Shown: in pieces, positions 9,679-19,889 of the stretch
Layout: every line of letters starts with the position of its first letter
How positions within the stretch are numbered: the first letter of the stretch is position 1
Source: Candidatus Binatia bacterium
GTDB lineage: Bacteria > Desulfobacterota > Binatia > Bin18
Direction of reading: 5' to 3'
DNA: 64,000 nucleotides
NCBI GenBank assembly: GCA_963664395.2
Contig: OY761159.2
Coordinates: forward strand, 1,184,001-1,248,000
Translations under genes and position numbers: made by a program
Notes under the pieces: generated by a model
The model's input: the letters and a program-made list of their open reading frames with translations, nothing else
The model's database searches: none
What the model was told of the DNA's origin: nothing

Positions 9679-12600
9679 ATGAAGCGACCCCGCGCAACAG
9701 GAATCAGGGCATGGGCCGGACCGGGGAACAGGCTGCTGGGGGCAGTGGCGACGCTCCTGCTGCTGGTCGGGCCCGTCCGGGCGCAGTCCAGCGACAAACT
9801 CCCAGAGCCGGGCGGGCGGTCAATTGAGGCGCTGCTGGCCCAGAAAGCGCAGCGGACGTCCGCCCAGCGGAAGGTCAGCTCGCAACTCCTGGACGCGGCG
9901 GGGGGCACGCAGCCCCCGGCGGACGGTGCCGCCCGCCGCCGGGCACCGGACCCGGGCGTCGCGGATGAATTGGTCACGGTAGACATTCGGGCGGACGTGA
10001 CGCCCGCGGTGCTGGCGCGTATCCGGGCCTTGGGCGGCACGGTACTGAGCAGCCTGCCGAGATACCGGGCCATCCGGGCGCGACTCCCGCTGGCTGCGGT
10101 AGAAAAGCTCGCCACGCTGGACGCGGTCCAGTTCATCCGCCCCGCCGACGAGGCGATCACGAACCAGTCGCTGGAGCGCTCAGCCGTCGCCCGGACGACT
10201 GGGGCAGGAAACGAACGCAACACGTCCGAGGGCGATGTGGCCCACCGGGCGGACAAGGCGCGTGAAACGCACGACGTCGATGGGACGGGTATCGGTATCG
10301 GCGTGCTCTCGAATGGGGTCGATACGCTCGCCGAGCGACAGGCGACAGGCGACCTGCCGGCCCGGGTGACGGTACTGGCGGGACAGACGGGAGAAGGCGA
10401 CGAGGGGACGGCGATGCTGGAGATCGTCCACGATCTCGCGCCCGGCGCCGAGTTGTACTTTGCCACGATACTTGGAGGGCAGGCGCAGTTTGCGGCGAAC
10501 ATTGAGGCGCTGTGCGCCGCGGGCGCGGACGTCATCGTCGACGATGCGATCTATCCCATTGAGCCAGCCTTTCAGGACGGCATCGTCGCCCAGGCAATTA
10601 ACGCGGCGGTCGCCGACGACTGCGTCTACTTCTCCATGGCCGGTAATGGCGGCAATCTGAGCAGCTACAGCGGCCGTCGGGCCGGCGTCTGGGAGGGCGA
10701 CTACGCCGCGGGAAGCGCCCTGGTCGTGAGCGGCGAAACGGTCGGCGTCCGCCACGACTTTGACAGCGGCCCGGGGGTGGCGGTTGAGAACCCGGTCACA
10801 AGGGACAGCGAGCACGAATTTGTGCTGCAATGGGCCGACCCGCTCGGGGCGTCCGCCAACGACTACGACCTGTTTCTGGTTGACAACAACGGCAACGTGC
10901 TTGACAGCTCGACCACCACGCAGGACGGCACCCAGGACCCGATTGAGTCCATCCGCTCGCGGAGAATTAACCACCTCGGTGACCGCCTCGTTATTGTCAA
11001 GGTATCGGGTGAGGATCGCTACCTGCGTCTGAACAACGTCGGGGCATGGTTCACCAGCGTGACCGCCGGCCAGACCTTCGGGCATAATGCGGCGTCCAAC
11101 GCCATCACCGTGGCCGCTGTCAATGTCACGACCGCCGGCGGTGAGGGCGGCGTCTTCAACGGCACGGAATCGGTCGAATGGTTCAGTTCGGACGGGCCAC
11201 GGCGGATATTCTTTCGCCCGGACGGTGCGGCCATCACGCCAAGTGACTTCTCATCCAGCGGTGGGCAGTTGCTCCAGAAACCGGATCTGACTGCGGCGGA
11301 CCGGGTGTCAACGGCGACTCCCGGCTTTGAGACGTTCCCAGGCACCTCGGCAGCGGCACCGCATGCGGCGGCAATCGCGGCGCTGATGCTGGAAGCGGCC
11401 GGCGGACCCACCAACGTCACGCTGGACGAACTCCGTAAGGCAATGACCGACACGGCGCTTAACATCGGGGACACCGGCGCTGACCGTGATTCCGGTGCTG
11501 GGATCGTCATGGCGCCGGGCGCGGTGGAGGCGGTTGCTGTGGCGGACCGCAACGGGGTGCCGGAGGCGTCGGGCACATTAGCCTCCCAATCGCTGGCGCC
11601 CGGCGGCGCTACGGCCACCATCGGCGTGGCAAGCGCGTTCACCGATCCAGATAGTCACGCATTGACCTATACGGCGCTGTCGGACAATACCGCCGTAGTG
11701 ACGACCAGCGTGGCGGGGTCCCGGTTGACACTGACATCCTGGGGGCCGGGCGAAGCCAAGGTGACGGTGCGGGCGACCGACCCCGAAGGGCTGAGCGCGA
11801 TTCAGATCATGTCGGTAACGGTCGTGTGGGGAGACGAGGACTATGACGCCGATGACGACAACCTGATTGAGGTCGGCACGCTGGCGCAACTCGACGCCAT
11901 GCGCCATGACCTGAACGGGGACGGCGTGGTGGATAGCGGGGCGGACGCGCAAGCGTACTACGCGGCGTTTTCCGAACCAGAACAGGGCATGGGCTGCGCG
12001 GACGACTGCTACGGGTACGAGCTGACAGAAGACCTGGACTTCGACACTAATAAAAACGGCCGGGCTGACGCGGGCGATGCCTACTGGAACGGCGGGGCGG
12101 GTTGGAACCCGATCCGCGGAAGAATCATCTCCTCGTTTGGCCTGCATTTGATCACCAGCGGGTTCGCGGCGACCTTTGAAGGTAACGGACATACGATTGC
12201 CAACCTGTATATCAACCGCAATGTCACGGCCGTCGGTCTATTCGGTGCGGCCTACTCGCGGGCCATCCGCAACGTGGGAATAGTAAACGCCAACGTTACG
12301 GGACAGAGCAGCGTCGGCGCCCTGGCCGGAATCAAGCTGGGCGACCTCAGTGGCAGCTACGCCACCGGTCGCGTGTCGGGGCAGGACGGTGTCGGCGGCT
12401 TGGTTGGCAGCCATCGCGGCTCCATAGCTGCCAGTTACGCGACCACGCAGGTGTCGGGACAGAACAATGTCGGCGGACTGATCGGCAGCAACTACCTGGG
12501 GACCGTGATTGCCTGCTATGCGACCGGCCGCGTGTCGGGTACTGCCAATGTCGGTGGCTTGGTTGGGCTGAACAGCAGCGACGATGAGGTCATTGCCAGC

Positions 12601-15057
12601 TATGCTACGGGCCACGTGTCGGGCGTCAGCAATGTCGGTGGTCTGATCGGAGACAACCAAGGCACTGCCTCCAACAGCTACTGGGATATGAGCACCTCGG
12701 GACAGACAACCGGAACCGCAGGCCAGACAACGGCGCAATTACAGTCACCCACGGACTACAGCGGCATGTATGCGGACTGGAACGTGGACCTGGACGGTGG
12801 CGGCACGGCGGACGACCCGTGGGACTTCGGGCTAAGCGACGAATATCCGGTGCTGGCCGTGGACTTCGATGGGAATGAGGACGTGACGTGGAAGGAGTTC
12901 GGCTACCAGCTCAGAGCCGGTCCGACCTTGATGGCGACTCCTGGGGCAGGAGAGGTAGCCCTGCGCTGGAACGCGGTGGACACGGACCCATGGAACCCGT
13001 CACCGCCGGACGTGACCTATACCGTCTATCGTAAGACTGACGCCACCATCACGGTCCTTGCCCAAGGCATCAGCGGGACGACCTACACTGATACCGGCGT
13101 GTCCATTGGCTCCACCTACACCTACCAGGTGGCGGCGGTGGTGGAGGGTGGGGAAGCGACGCGCAGCGCGCTGGTGATGGTGACCGCCCCCAACCATCCG
13201 CCGACGTTCCTGTCCTCCGAGGACGGCATGCGTACTGTGGCCGAGAAGACCGGGGAGAATGTGAACATCGGCGACCCAGTGAAGGCCACCGACCCCGACG
13301 ACCCCACCCTGACCTACAGTCTGGGCGGCCCGGACGCGGCGTCTTTCACCATCACCGAAAGGACCGGCCAGTTGCGGACCAAAGCTGAGTTGGACCACGA
13401 GACCCAGCCGCTCTACTCCGTGACGGTGAGGGTGAGCGACGGCAAGGATGTCGATGGTACCGCTGACCCGACGGTCGACGCCACCATCCCTGTGACGCTC
13501 ACCGTGACCGATGCCCCAGGCACAGTGACGCTCCCGTCGACGCCGCCTCTAGTGGGTACGATGCTGCAGGCGACCCTGACTGACCCCGATGGGCTCGGGT
13601 CCTCTGCGACCTGGAAGTGGGAACGGTCGCGGGACCAGAGCGTCTGGACCCTTATCCGTGAGACCTCCACCGGGGAGCCCGCCAACAGCTACACCCCGGT
13701 GGCTACCGATATAAACGAATACCTCCGGGTCACCGTGCAGTACACTGACGGCCACGAGACGCCCGACAAGGAGGCAGGGAGCGTCTCCCAGCGTGTCTCG
13801 GCCCGGCGGCCGCCGCCGCCGCCACCGCCCGGTCCTGGTCCCGGCGGTGGCGGCGGTGGTCCTGCCTGCACGGAGGACGACGTGCACGGCAACACTGCTG
13901 CCACCGCCACTGACATTGCGCTGTCTGCGGTGACTGCCGGGGCCATCTGTCCCGCCGCAGACGTGGACTATTTTACCGTCACCGCCCCCGGCCGGGGCCT
14001 CCTCTTTGTAGACACCCCGAGGGGCGTGCCGACCCGCGGGACCATCTGGCAAGACGGGATGGTCCTGGCATCCGGCCCTACGGGTAGGCAGCCGGATGAC
14101 CGGCTTGGCGCCCGTGTGCAGGCCGGCTCAGTCGTCGTGGCCGTGCAAGGCCAAGGGGGAGCGATCGGGACGTATGCCGTCGAGATCACCTTGGTGCAGG
14201 GCACTCTGGAGAACCCCGGCGCTGATTCGTTCCAAAGCGGGGTGGGCGTGCTGTCGGGCTGGGTGTGTGAGGCAGCGGTGGTGGAGCTTGAGTTGAACGG
14301 GATACCGCAGGAGGCGGCGTATGGCACCGAGCGATTAGACACAGCCGGGGTGTGTGGGGACACGGACAACGGCTTTGGGCTGCTGTTCAACTGGAACCTG
14401 CTGGGGGATGGGGAGCATACGGTGGTGGCCTGGGTCGATGGGGCGGAGTTGGGCCGGGCGAGCGTGACCGTGACGATCTTGGGGGCGGAGTTTCTGCGGG
14501 GTGTAACGGGGACGTGTGAGGCCGGAGACTTCCCGACGCTGGGTGAGCGCGTGACACTCGTGTGGCAGCAGAATAGTCAGAACTTTGTGATTGCGGGGGG
14601 CAGTCCCCCGGCCGGGGCTACCACGGGCCGGACGAGTGCCCTGATGGGGTTTCTGGAGAATCCGGGTCCCAATTCCTTTCAGAGTGGGGTCGGGGTCCTC
14701 TCGGGCTGGGTGTGTGACGCAGACCGGGTCGAGATAGAGATCGGGGCCGCCGGACGACAGGTGGCGGCGTATGGAACGGAGCGGCTGGACACAGCCGGGG
14801 GGTGTGGCGATACGGATAATGGCTTTGGGTTGTTGTTCAACTGGAATCTGTTGGGGGACGGAGAGCATACGGTGGTGGCCTTCGTGGATGGGGTTGAGTT
14901 AGGCCGGGCGACGGTGCGGGTAGCGACCTTGGGGGAGGAATTTCTCCGGGAAGCCGAGGGGGAATGTACGGTGACGGACTTCCCCGTGCTGGGCGAGACG
15001 GTGACGCTGGAGTGGCAGCAGAATAGCCAGAACTTCGTAATCACGGCGGTAGAGTGA
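9679..15057 (+). CDS. Large secreted S8/S53-like serine peptidase with Ig-like, GLUG, FN3, cadherin-like and duplicated C-terminal domains
   Basis: Signal peptide (..VRA/Q); DEGTAMLEIVHDLAPGA, KPDLTAAD, GTSAAAPH; V.G...VGGLVG repeats; FN3 (LRW..YTYQVAAV); cadherin (ATDPD..LTYSL..LDHE); Pro/Gly linker. Confidence 0.9.
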   Translation: MKRPRATGIRAWAGPGNRLLGAVATLLLLVGPVRAQSSDKLPEPGGRSIEALLAQKAQRTSAQRKVSSQLLDAAGGTQPPADGAARRRAPDPGVADELVTVDIRADVTPAVLARIRALGGTVLSSLPRYRAIRARLPLAAVEKLATLDAVQFIRPADEAITNQSLERSAVARTTGAGNERNTSEGDVAHRADKARETHDVDGTGIGIGVLSNGVDTLAERQATGDLPARVTVLAGQTGEGDEGTAMLEIVHDLAPGAELYFATILGGQAQFAANIEALCAAGADVIVDDAIYPIEPAFQDGIVAQAINAAVADDCVYFSMAGNGGNLSSYSGRRAGVWEGDYAAGSALVVSGETVGVRHDFDSGPGVAVENPVTRDSEHEFVLQWADPLGASANDYDLFLVDNNGNVLDSSTTTQDGTQDPIESIRSRRINHLGDRLVIVKVSGEDRYLRLNNVGAWFTSVTAGQTFGHNAASNAITVAAVNVTTAGGEGGVFNGTESVEWFSSDGPRRIFFRPDGAAITPSDFSSSGGQLLQKPDLTAADRVSTATPGFETFPGTSAAAPHAAAIAALMLEAAGGPTNVTLDELRKAMTDTALNIGDTGADRDSGAGIVMAPGAVEAVAVADRNGVPEASGTLASQSLAPGGATATIGVASAFTDPDSHALTYTALSDNTAVVTTSVAGSRLTLTSWGPGEAKVTVRATDPEGLSAIQIMSVTVVWGDEDYDADDDNLIEVGTLAQLDAMRHDLNGDGVVDSGADAQAYYAAFSEPEQGMGCADDCYGYELTEDLDFDTNKNGRADAGDAYWNGGAGWNPIRGRIISSFGLHLITSGFAATFEGNGHTIANLYINRNVTAVGLFGAAYSRAIRNVGIVNANVTGQSSVGALAGIKLGDLSGSYATGRVSGQDGVGGLVGSHRGSIAASYATTQVSGQNNVGGLIGSNYLGTVIACYATGRVSGTANVGGLVGLNSSDDEVIASYATGHVSGVSNVGGLIGDNQGTASNSYWDMSTSGQTTGTAGQTTAQLQSPTDYSGMYADWNVDLDGGGTADDPWDFGLSDEYPVLAVDFDGNEDVTWKEFGYQLRAGPTLMATPGAGEVALRWNAVDTDPWNPSPPDVTYTVYRKTDATITVLAQGISGTTYTDTGVSIGSTYTYQVAAVVEGGEATRSALVMVTAPNHPPTFLSSEDGMRTVAEKTGENVNIGDPVKATDPDDPTLTYSLGGPDAASFTITERTGQLRTKAELDHETQPLYSVTVRVSDGKDVDGTADPTVDATIPVTLTVTDAPGTVTLPSTPPLVGTMLQATLTDPDGLGSSATWKWERSRDQSVWTLIRETSTGEPANSYTPVATDINEYLRVTVQYTDGHETPDKEAGSVSQRVSARRPPPPPPPGPGPGGGGGGPACTEDDVHGNTAATATDIALSAVTAGAICPAADVDYFTVTAPGRGLLFVDTPRGVPTRGTIWQDGMVLASGPTGRQPDDRLGARVQAGSVVVAVQGQGGAIGTYAVEITLVQGTLENPGADSFQSGVGVLSGWVCEAAVVELELNGIPQEAAYGTERLDTAGVCGDTDNGFGLLFNWNLLGDGEHTVVAWVDGAELGRASVTVTILGAEFLRGVTGTCEAGDFPTLGERVTLVWQQNSQNFVIAGGSPPAGATTGRTSALMGFLENPGPNSFQSGVGVLSGWVCDADRVEIEIGAAGRQVAAYGTERLDTAGGCGDTDNGFGLLFNWNLLGDGEHTVVAFVDGVELGRATVRVATLGEEFLREAEGECTVTDFPVLGETVTLEWQQNSQNFVITAVE
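14206..15054 (+). repeat. Two diverged intragenic ~130-codon repeats
   Basis: LENPG..SFQSGVGVLSGWVC...YGTERLDTAG.CGDTDNGFGLLFNWNLLGDGEHTVVA...WQQNSQNFVI starting at 14206 and 14653. Confidence 0.9.
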
Positions 15058-15202
15058 GTGGTCGGCACGGGGAGGTCTATGATTCCTCTTTCTCTGAACG
15101 GTCTTTTTTATTTCGCTCGCTTTGTTCGCTTCCTGGCCTTGTGCTAGAGTTCGGGCACGCAAGAAGTGTGTGCAGAAAGCACGTCATAAGGAGGGCAGGC
15201 GT

Positions 15203-16411
15203 ATGGCAAAGCCGCTGGATGGAATTCGTGTCCTGGATTGGACCATATGGCAGCAGGGGCCGGTCGCGACTATGATGCTCGGCGATTTGGGCGCTGAGGT
15301 CATCAAACTTGAAGAACGCGTGGGGGGCGACCCCGGGCGCGGCGTGATGCAAATTGCCGGTGCCAAAACCGGCACGCGCAATTACTATTTTGAAGCCAAC
15401 AACCGGCATAAAAAGAGCATCACGCTTGACCTCAAGAAGCCCGAGGCAAAAGAAATCGTGTATAAGCTGGTCGAAAAGTCGGACGTCTTTGTCCAGAACT
15501 ATCGCAAGGGCGTGGCGGCTAAGCTCGGACTCGATTATGCCACCCTCTCGCAATACAACCCCAAGCTGATCTATGCCAGCGCAACCGGCTATGGTCCGAA
15601 CGGGCCGGACGCGGGCGAACCCTCCTTCGACTATATGGGCTTGGCCCGGTCCGGGATCATGACCGCGGCGGGTGAGCCGGATATGGAACCCATGAACATT
15701 ACCGGCGGTATCGCCGACCAGATGGGCGCCATCATGCTGGCCCACGGGATTACCGTGGCCCTGTTGGCACGCGAACGCCTGGGCATCGGCCAGGAGGTCG
15801 ATACCTCACATCTGGGCAGTATGATGGCCCTCCAGGGGCTCAATCTGGCCTGTCGCCTGACACTGGGTAAAGAGTTCAAACGTTTTTATCGCACCAAAGC
15901 GGTGAACCCACTCTGGAATCACTATAAGTGCCAGGACGATAAATGGCTCTGTCTGGCCATGCCGCAAGCCGACCGCTACTGGTCGGATTTCTGCAAGACG
16001 CTCGGTATTCCGGAGCTGGAGAAAGACCCGCGCTTTGAGAATATGAAGGTGCGCGGTCACAACGCCGAGGAGATCATCGCTATTGTCGATCAAATTTTTG
16101 CCTCAAAGCCCCGCGCTGAATGGATGCAAATTCTGAGAGACGGCGGTGATTTTATCTACACGCTGGTGAATAATGTCACGGATCTGCCGGATGACCCGCA
16201 AATGCAGGTCAACGACTATGTGGTGGATTATGATCACCCCACCTGGGGCGAGACGCAGATCGTCGGCTCCCCGTTGATCTTGAGCAAGACGCCGGCCGAC
16301 CCGAAAGCCCCGGCGCCGGAGTTCGGCGAGCATACCGAACAGGTTCTGGTCGATATGCTGGGCTATTCCTGGGAAGAGGTTGGGAAGTTGCGAGAGTCTG
16401 AGGTCCTGTAG
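15203..16411 (+). CDS. CoA transferase family III (CaiB/BaiF)
   Basis: PLDGIRVLD, LGDLGAEVIK.E, NR.KKSITLDLK, APEFGEHT; RBS AAGGAGG. Confidence 0.95.
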   Translation: MAKPLDGIRVLDWTIWQQGPVATMMLGDLGAEVIKLEERVGGDPGRGVMQIAGAKTGTRNYYFEANNRHKKSITLDLKKPEAKEIVYKLVEKSDVFVQNYRKGVAAKLGLDYATLSQYNPKLIYASATGYGPNGPDAGEPSFDYMGLARSGIMTAAGEPDMEPMNITGGIADQMGAIMLAHGITVALLARERLGIGQEVDTSHLGSMMALQGLNLACRLTLGKEFKRFYRTKAVNPLWNHYKCQDDKWLCLAMPQADRYWSDFCKTLGIPELEKDPRFENMKVRGHNAEEIIAIVDQIFASKPRAEWMQILRDGGDFIYTLVNNVTDLPDDPQMQVNDYVVDYDHPTWGETQIVGSPLILSKTPADPKAPAPEFGEHTEQVLVDMLGYSWEEVGKLRESEVL

Positions 16412-16423
16412 GGGCTTCCGGAG

Positions 16424-16444
16424 GGGCAGCCCGTGTGGCTGCCC
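16424..16444. repeat. Short palindrome (REP/terminator-like) between convergent genes
   Basis: GGGCAGCC-CGTGT-GGCTGCCC. Confidence 0.5.
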
Positions 16445-16450
16445 GTGTCG

Positions 16451-17395
16451 CTACGACCAAACAACTCGATGCCGCAGCTCTTCTCCCCGCACATAACGCC
16501 GTAAATTCTCCAGCCACAGTTCACCTACCCGCGGCAGATACAGCGGCGAGGTTGAGGCCGTATGCGGGGTGATAAACACATTCGGCATATTCCATAAGTC
16601 ATCGTCCGCCGGCCACGGTTCTGTGGGCAGGACATCGAGGCAGGCGTGTCGAATCGTTCCCGCCCGCAGCGCGTCTTTGAGCGCAGCAATATCGACGATG
16701 ACTCCCCGAGCAATATTGATCAGCGTAGCAGAGGATTTCATCACAGCCAGCGCATCCGCACCAATTAACCCGTACGTCCGGGAGGAGGCCGGAATGGCCA
16801 CAATGACAAAATCGGCCTCGGGAAGAAACCGGTGGAGGTCGGCCAGCGTGCCTTGTCGATCAACCCCGACCACGGGTTCGGTTGATTGACGGATGCCGAG
16901 AATCCGCATCCCAAAGCCGGTCAGCATGGCAACAATGCGACTGCCAATGGCACCGAGGCCGACGACCAGAGCGGTTTTGTCGCTCAAGCTTTCAAGCCCG
17001 AGTTCTTGCCAGCGATGCTGGCGTTGATGGGCGGACAATTCACCAAAACGTTTTGCCGACCACAGCACAAAGCCCACGGCAAACTCAGCCACCTCAGGCG
17101 CGTTTGTGCCGGGACTGTGGGAGACGAGCGCGCCTTTGGCCCGCATGGCATCATAAAAACGGCCGTCTGTCCCGGCGTCTTCGGTATGCGCCCAGCGTGG
17201 CTGAGGAAGCTGTATCGCGGTCTCTATGAATGTTTTGCGATACGCGTCGCCGGCTAACACGACGAGGTCGCAGTCATCCGGCGAGGCGGACCACGAGCCG
17301 TCCGGCTCAATCAAGGCCCAGCGCAGTTCCGGCACAATTGCGCGGGCTTGTTTTCCAAAACGGGCGAAAAATTCTCGGCCGGCGGCGACTTTCAT
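16451..17395 (-). CDS. D-2-hydroxyacid dehydrogenase
   Basis: GLGAIG Rossmann motif, INIARG, LDV...EP, ITPH. Confidence 0.92.
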   Translation of the reverse strand: MKVAAGREFFARFGKQARAIVPELRWALIEPDGSWSASPDDCDLVVLAGDAYRKTFIETAIQLPQPRWAHTEDAGTDGRFYDAMRAKGALVSHSPGTNAPEVAEFAVGFVLWSAKRFGELSAHQRQHRWQELGLESLSDKTALVVGLGAIGSRIVAMLTGFGMRILGIRQSTEPVVGVDRQGTLADLHRFLPEADFVIVAIPASSRTYGLIGADALAVMKSSATLINIARGVIVDIAALKDALRAGTIRHACLDVLPTEPWPADDDLWNMPNVFITPHTASTSPLYLPRVGELWLENLRRYVRGEELRHRVVWS

Positions 17396-17414
17396 CAGGC
17401 CCTCCCTTCAAGAT

Positions 17415-19889
17415 TTACGGCGCCGGCTGAAGCAGCGTCTTCTGCTCCGTCACCGCGCTAATCTTGTCTCGGGAATACAAAACGGGGAAATACTGCCCGC
17501 CGGCCCACAGACCGGACAGGTCGCGATAATGCGCATGGGCGGGGTCGCCAGCCTGTCCGGGTGTATTGATACCCAATGACCGGTTCCAGTCACTGAGGTC
17601 GGCGATCAGCCGAAAGGAAGCGCCCACCGTCTGCATATCCTCGCTGCCGGTATTATTGATCGTAAAGCTATCGCCACCGCGAGGAATGGGGCCAACTTCG
17701 AGCCGGGCTCGGAGTTCATCGTTCACCGCGGCGCTCAGCATGTGTTTGACAACGATGTGGTGGTAGGCTGTCTGGCCATACGTCCAGTGGTCCATGTTCG
17801 GGCCAAAGCGGGCGACGAGGGCTTGGACGGCGGTCTCAAAACTCTCACGCACAAATTGATCTCGTCCGGCGAGTGGATCAGGACCATAGCTCCCATCCGG
17901 CGCCAGCAGGCTGTTGATGACAGGCGTCAGAGTTGTGTCAGAAAAAGATTCCGGTTCGGGGACGTGCAGGTTCCGAAATTTCTCCCAGAGCTGCCGTTGC
18001 CAGGCAGCATAGATCCCCGCTGCAACGGACTCTTTATCAAGCACGAAATCCCACGCCCGGAGCTTTTTGACAGCCGCCCGGACGAGCGGGTCGGCTGACT
18101 CCAAATCTTTAAGAAACGGCACGAGCAAACGCGCCGGAATCGAATACTCGTCGTTTTGGAGCTGTATCATCTCACGGGCGGTCAGGCGGGTGCCTTGGGC
18201 CAGCACTTCCGCAATCCGGGCGAACCGATACGGCTCAAGCCAGAAATAGCTGATCGGATAGGGATAGCCGAGCGGCAGATTCTCCTGATTGGCGGTCGCA
18301 ATAAATCCTTCGGGCGGATTCAGACTATGCGGCAGTTCTTGAATCGGCACATAGCCGTCCCACTCAAAGCGTCCATCCCCAGGCACGGGAACGAGACCGT
18401 TCCAGTTCGGTCGTTGGGGAACGACACCGACCGCCTGCCAACCGATATTGCCCTGCGTATCGGCCCAGACCATGTTCTCTGAGGGCGCGCGTGAATATGC
18501 ACACGCCGCGCGAAATTCCTGCCACGTTTTAGCCTGATCCATGCGCAGGCTGGCCAGATACGGCACCCCACCGATATCGAGCCAAGCGGCCCGCAGGGCA
18601 AAGGCCAGGTGGCGTTTCGGGTCTTCTGCCAGGACGGGGCCATGCCGGGTATATTTCAGTTCCACTGCGGTTACGTCTTGGCCTTTGACAGGGACAGTCT
18701 CTTGGACAATACGCATGTCCTCCCATGCCCCCCGGTACCAATACTGATTCGCATTGTTTGGATTGGTCTTGTACACGTACAAGTCTTCGGCGTCGGTGGG
18801 GAAAATCGTCAGCCCCCAGGCTCCCTGCTCATTATGTCCGATGGAAACGCCGGGCAGATGGGGTTCACCGCCGCCGATCACGTTCCAGCCCGGCGCAACG
18901 AGATGTACCCAGTAGCGCAGCGAGGGCACGGCTATTGAACGGTGCGGGTCATTCACCAGAAGCGGCTGCCGAGAGAGTGTCTTGGTACCGCTCACTACCC
19001 AGTTGTTGCTCCCCTCGTCCGCGGCCCTTCCGGCGAGCGAGGCAGCCTGAGTGACGGCTTCGCTTGTAGCCGTTGCCCGGTTCTTTGGATCGACAATGTC
19101 TTCGGGCGCAAACTCGACGGCCGCACGCGCGGCTTGATAATATCGGAGAACGTCACTGGGAATCGTGGCCAGATCAAGCCCCTCGGGGCTAGTCAGCGCA
19201 GGGACGCCGGGATGCAGGTGCAGCATCATCCGAATCGCGTCGGGCGACATGGTTTGCAGCGCCTTTGCAATCAACACCTCAATTTCCAGATTGAGAAAGA
19301 TGCCGCCGATCCGTGCCAGCACGATGTCCGGCGTCCACGGCTGCGGGGTGATGCCCAGCAGGCCGAATTCGAGCGGCAAGAGATCGGGGTGTTCCCCCAC
19401 ATGCTGAATATAGGCGTTGATGCCCGTCACAAAAGCGGTGATAATTTCTTTTCCAGCCGGGTGGTAGAAGCCATACTCCTGCTCCAGGTCGCCGCGAAAG
19501 CGCAGCAGCCGCGCCCCGATATCGCGTTCCAAGGCTTTCGGCCCCTGGACCTCGGCCATTGTTCCAGTGACACGCCGTCGCCAGATCTCAAGCTGAAACA
19601 GGCGGTCTCGTGCGGCGTTATAGCCTTGGGCGAAAAACAGGTCGTGTTGATTCTTGGCATAGATATGGGCAATGCCCCAGCGGTCGGTCAGGATTTCGAC
19701 CGGCTCACGGAGACCGGAGACGCGCAGTGTTTCCATTCCATCCTCCTGAACGCTAGGCTGAGGCACGACCGCGGCTCGACCCAGGGGCGGAGTGAGCCAA
19801 GCGGCGACACACAAGAAGAGGGCAAGCAAAGATGCAGCTTTTGCAACCGTCGGCATAGTCGCTCCTGTCACCCGCCTAGTCTTGGTCAC
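17415..19889 (-). CDS. Penicillin acylase family (S45, Ntn hydrolase), secreted
   Basis: Signal peptide; D.WGIAHIYA, FAQGY..ARDRLFQ, G/SNNWVV autocleavage site, NDPHR, TRHGP. Confidence 0.95.
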   Translation of the reverse strand: MTKTRRVTGATMPTVAKAASLLALFLCVAAWLTPPLGRAAVVPQPSVQEDGMETLRVSGLREPVEILTDRWGIAHIYAKNQHDLFFAQGYNAARDRLFQLEIWRRRVTGTMAEVQGPKALERDIGARLLRFRGDLEQEYGFYHPAGKEIITAFVTGINAYIQHVGEHPDLLPLEFGLLGITPQPWTPDIVLARIGGIFLNLEIEVLIAKALQTMSPDAIRMMLHLHPGVPALTSPEGLDLATIPSDVLRYYQAARAAVEFAPEDIVDPKNRATATSEAVTQAASLAGRAADEGSNNWVVSGTKTLSRQPLLVNDPHRSIAVPSLRYWVHLVAPGWNVIGGGEPHLPGVSIGHNEQGAWGLTIFPTDAEDLYVYKTNPNNANQYWYRGAWEDMRIVQETVPVKGQDVTAVELKYTRHGPVLAEDPKRHLAFALRAAWLDIGGVPYLASLRMDQAKTWQEFRAACAYSRAPSENMVWADTQGNIGWQAVGVVPQRPNWNGLVPVPGDGRFEWDGYVPIQELPHSLNPPEGFIATANQENLPLGYPYPISYFWLEPYRFARIAEVLAQGTRLTAREMIQLQNDEYSIPARLLVPFLKDLESADPLVRAAVKKLRAWDFVLDKESVAAGIYAAWQRQLWEKFRNLHVPEPESFSDTTLTPVINSLLAPDGSYGPDPLAGRDQFVRESFETAVQALVARFGPNMDHWTYGQTAYHHIVVKHMLSAAVNDELRARLEVGPIPRGGDSFTINNTGSEDMQTVGASFRLIADLSDWNRSLGINTPGQAGDPAHAHYRDLSGLWAGGQYFPVLYSRDKISAVTEQKTLLQPAP

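Noticed and set aside
14206-15054. Possible DGR template/variable repeat pair
   Set aside because: Both copies are in-frame coding, differences are mostly synonymous and not adenine-specific, and there is no reverse transcriptase in the window.
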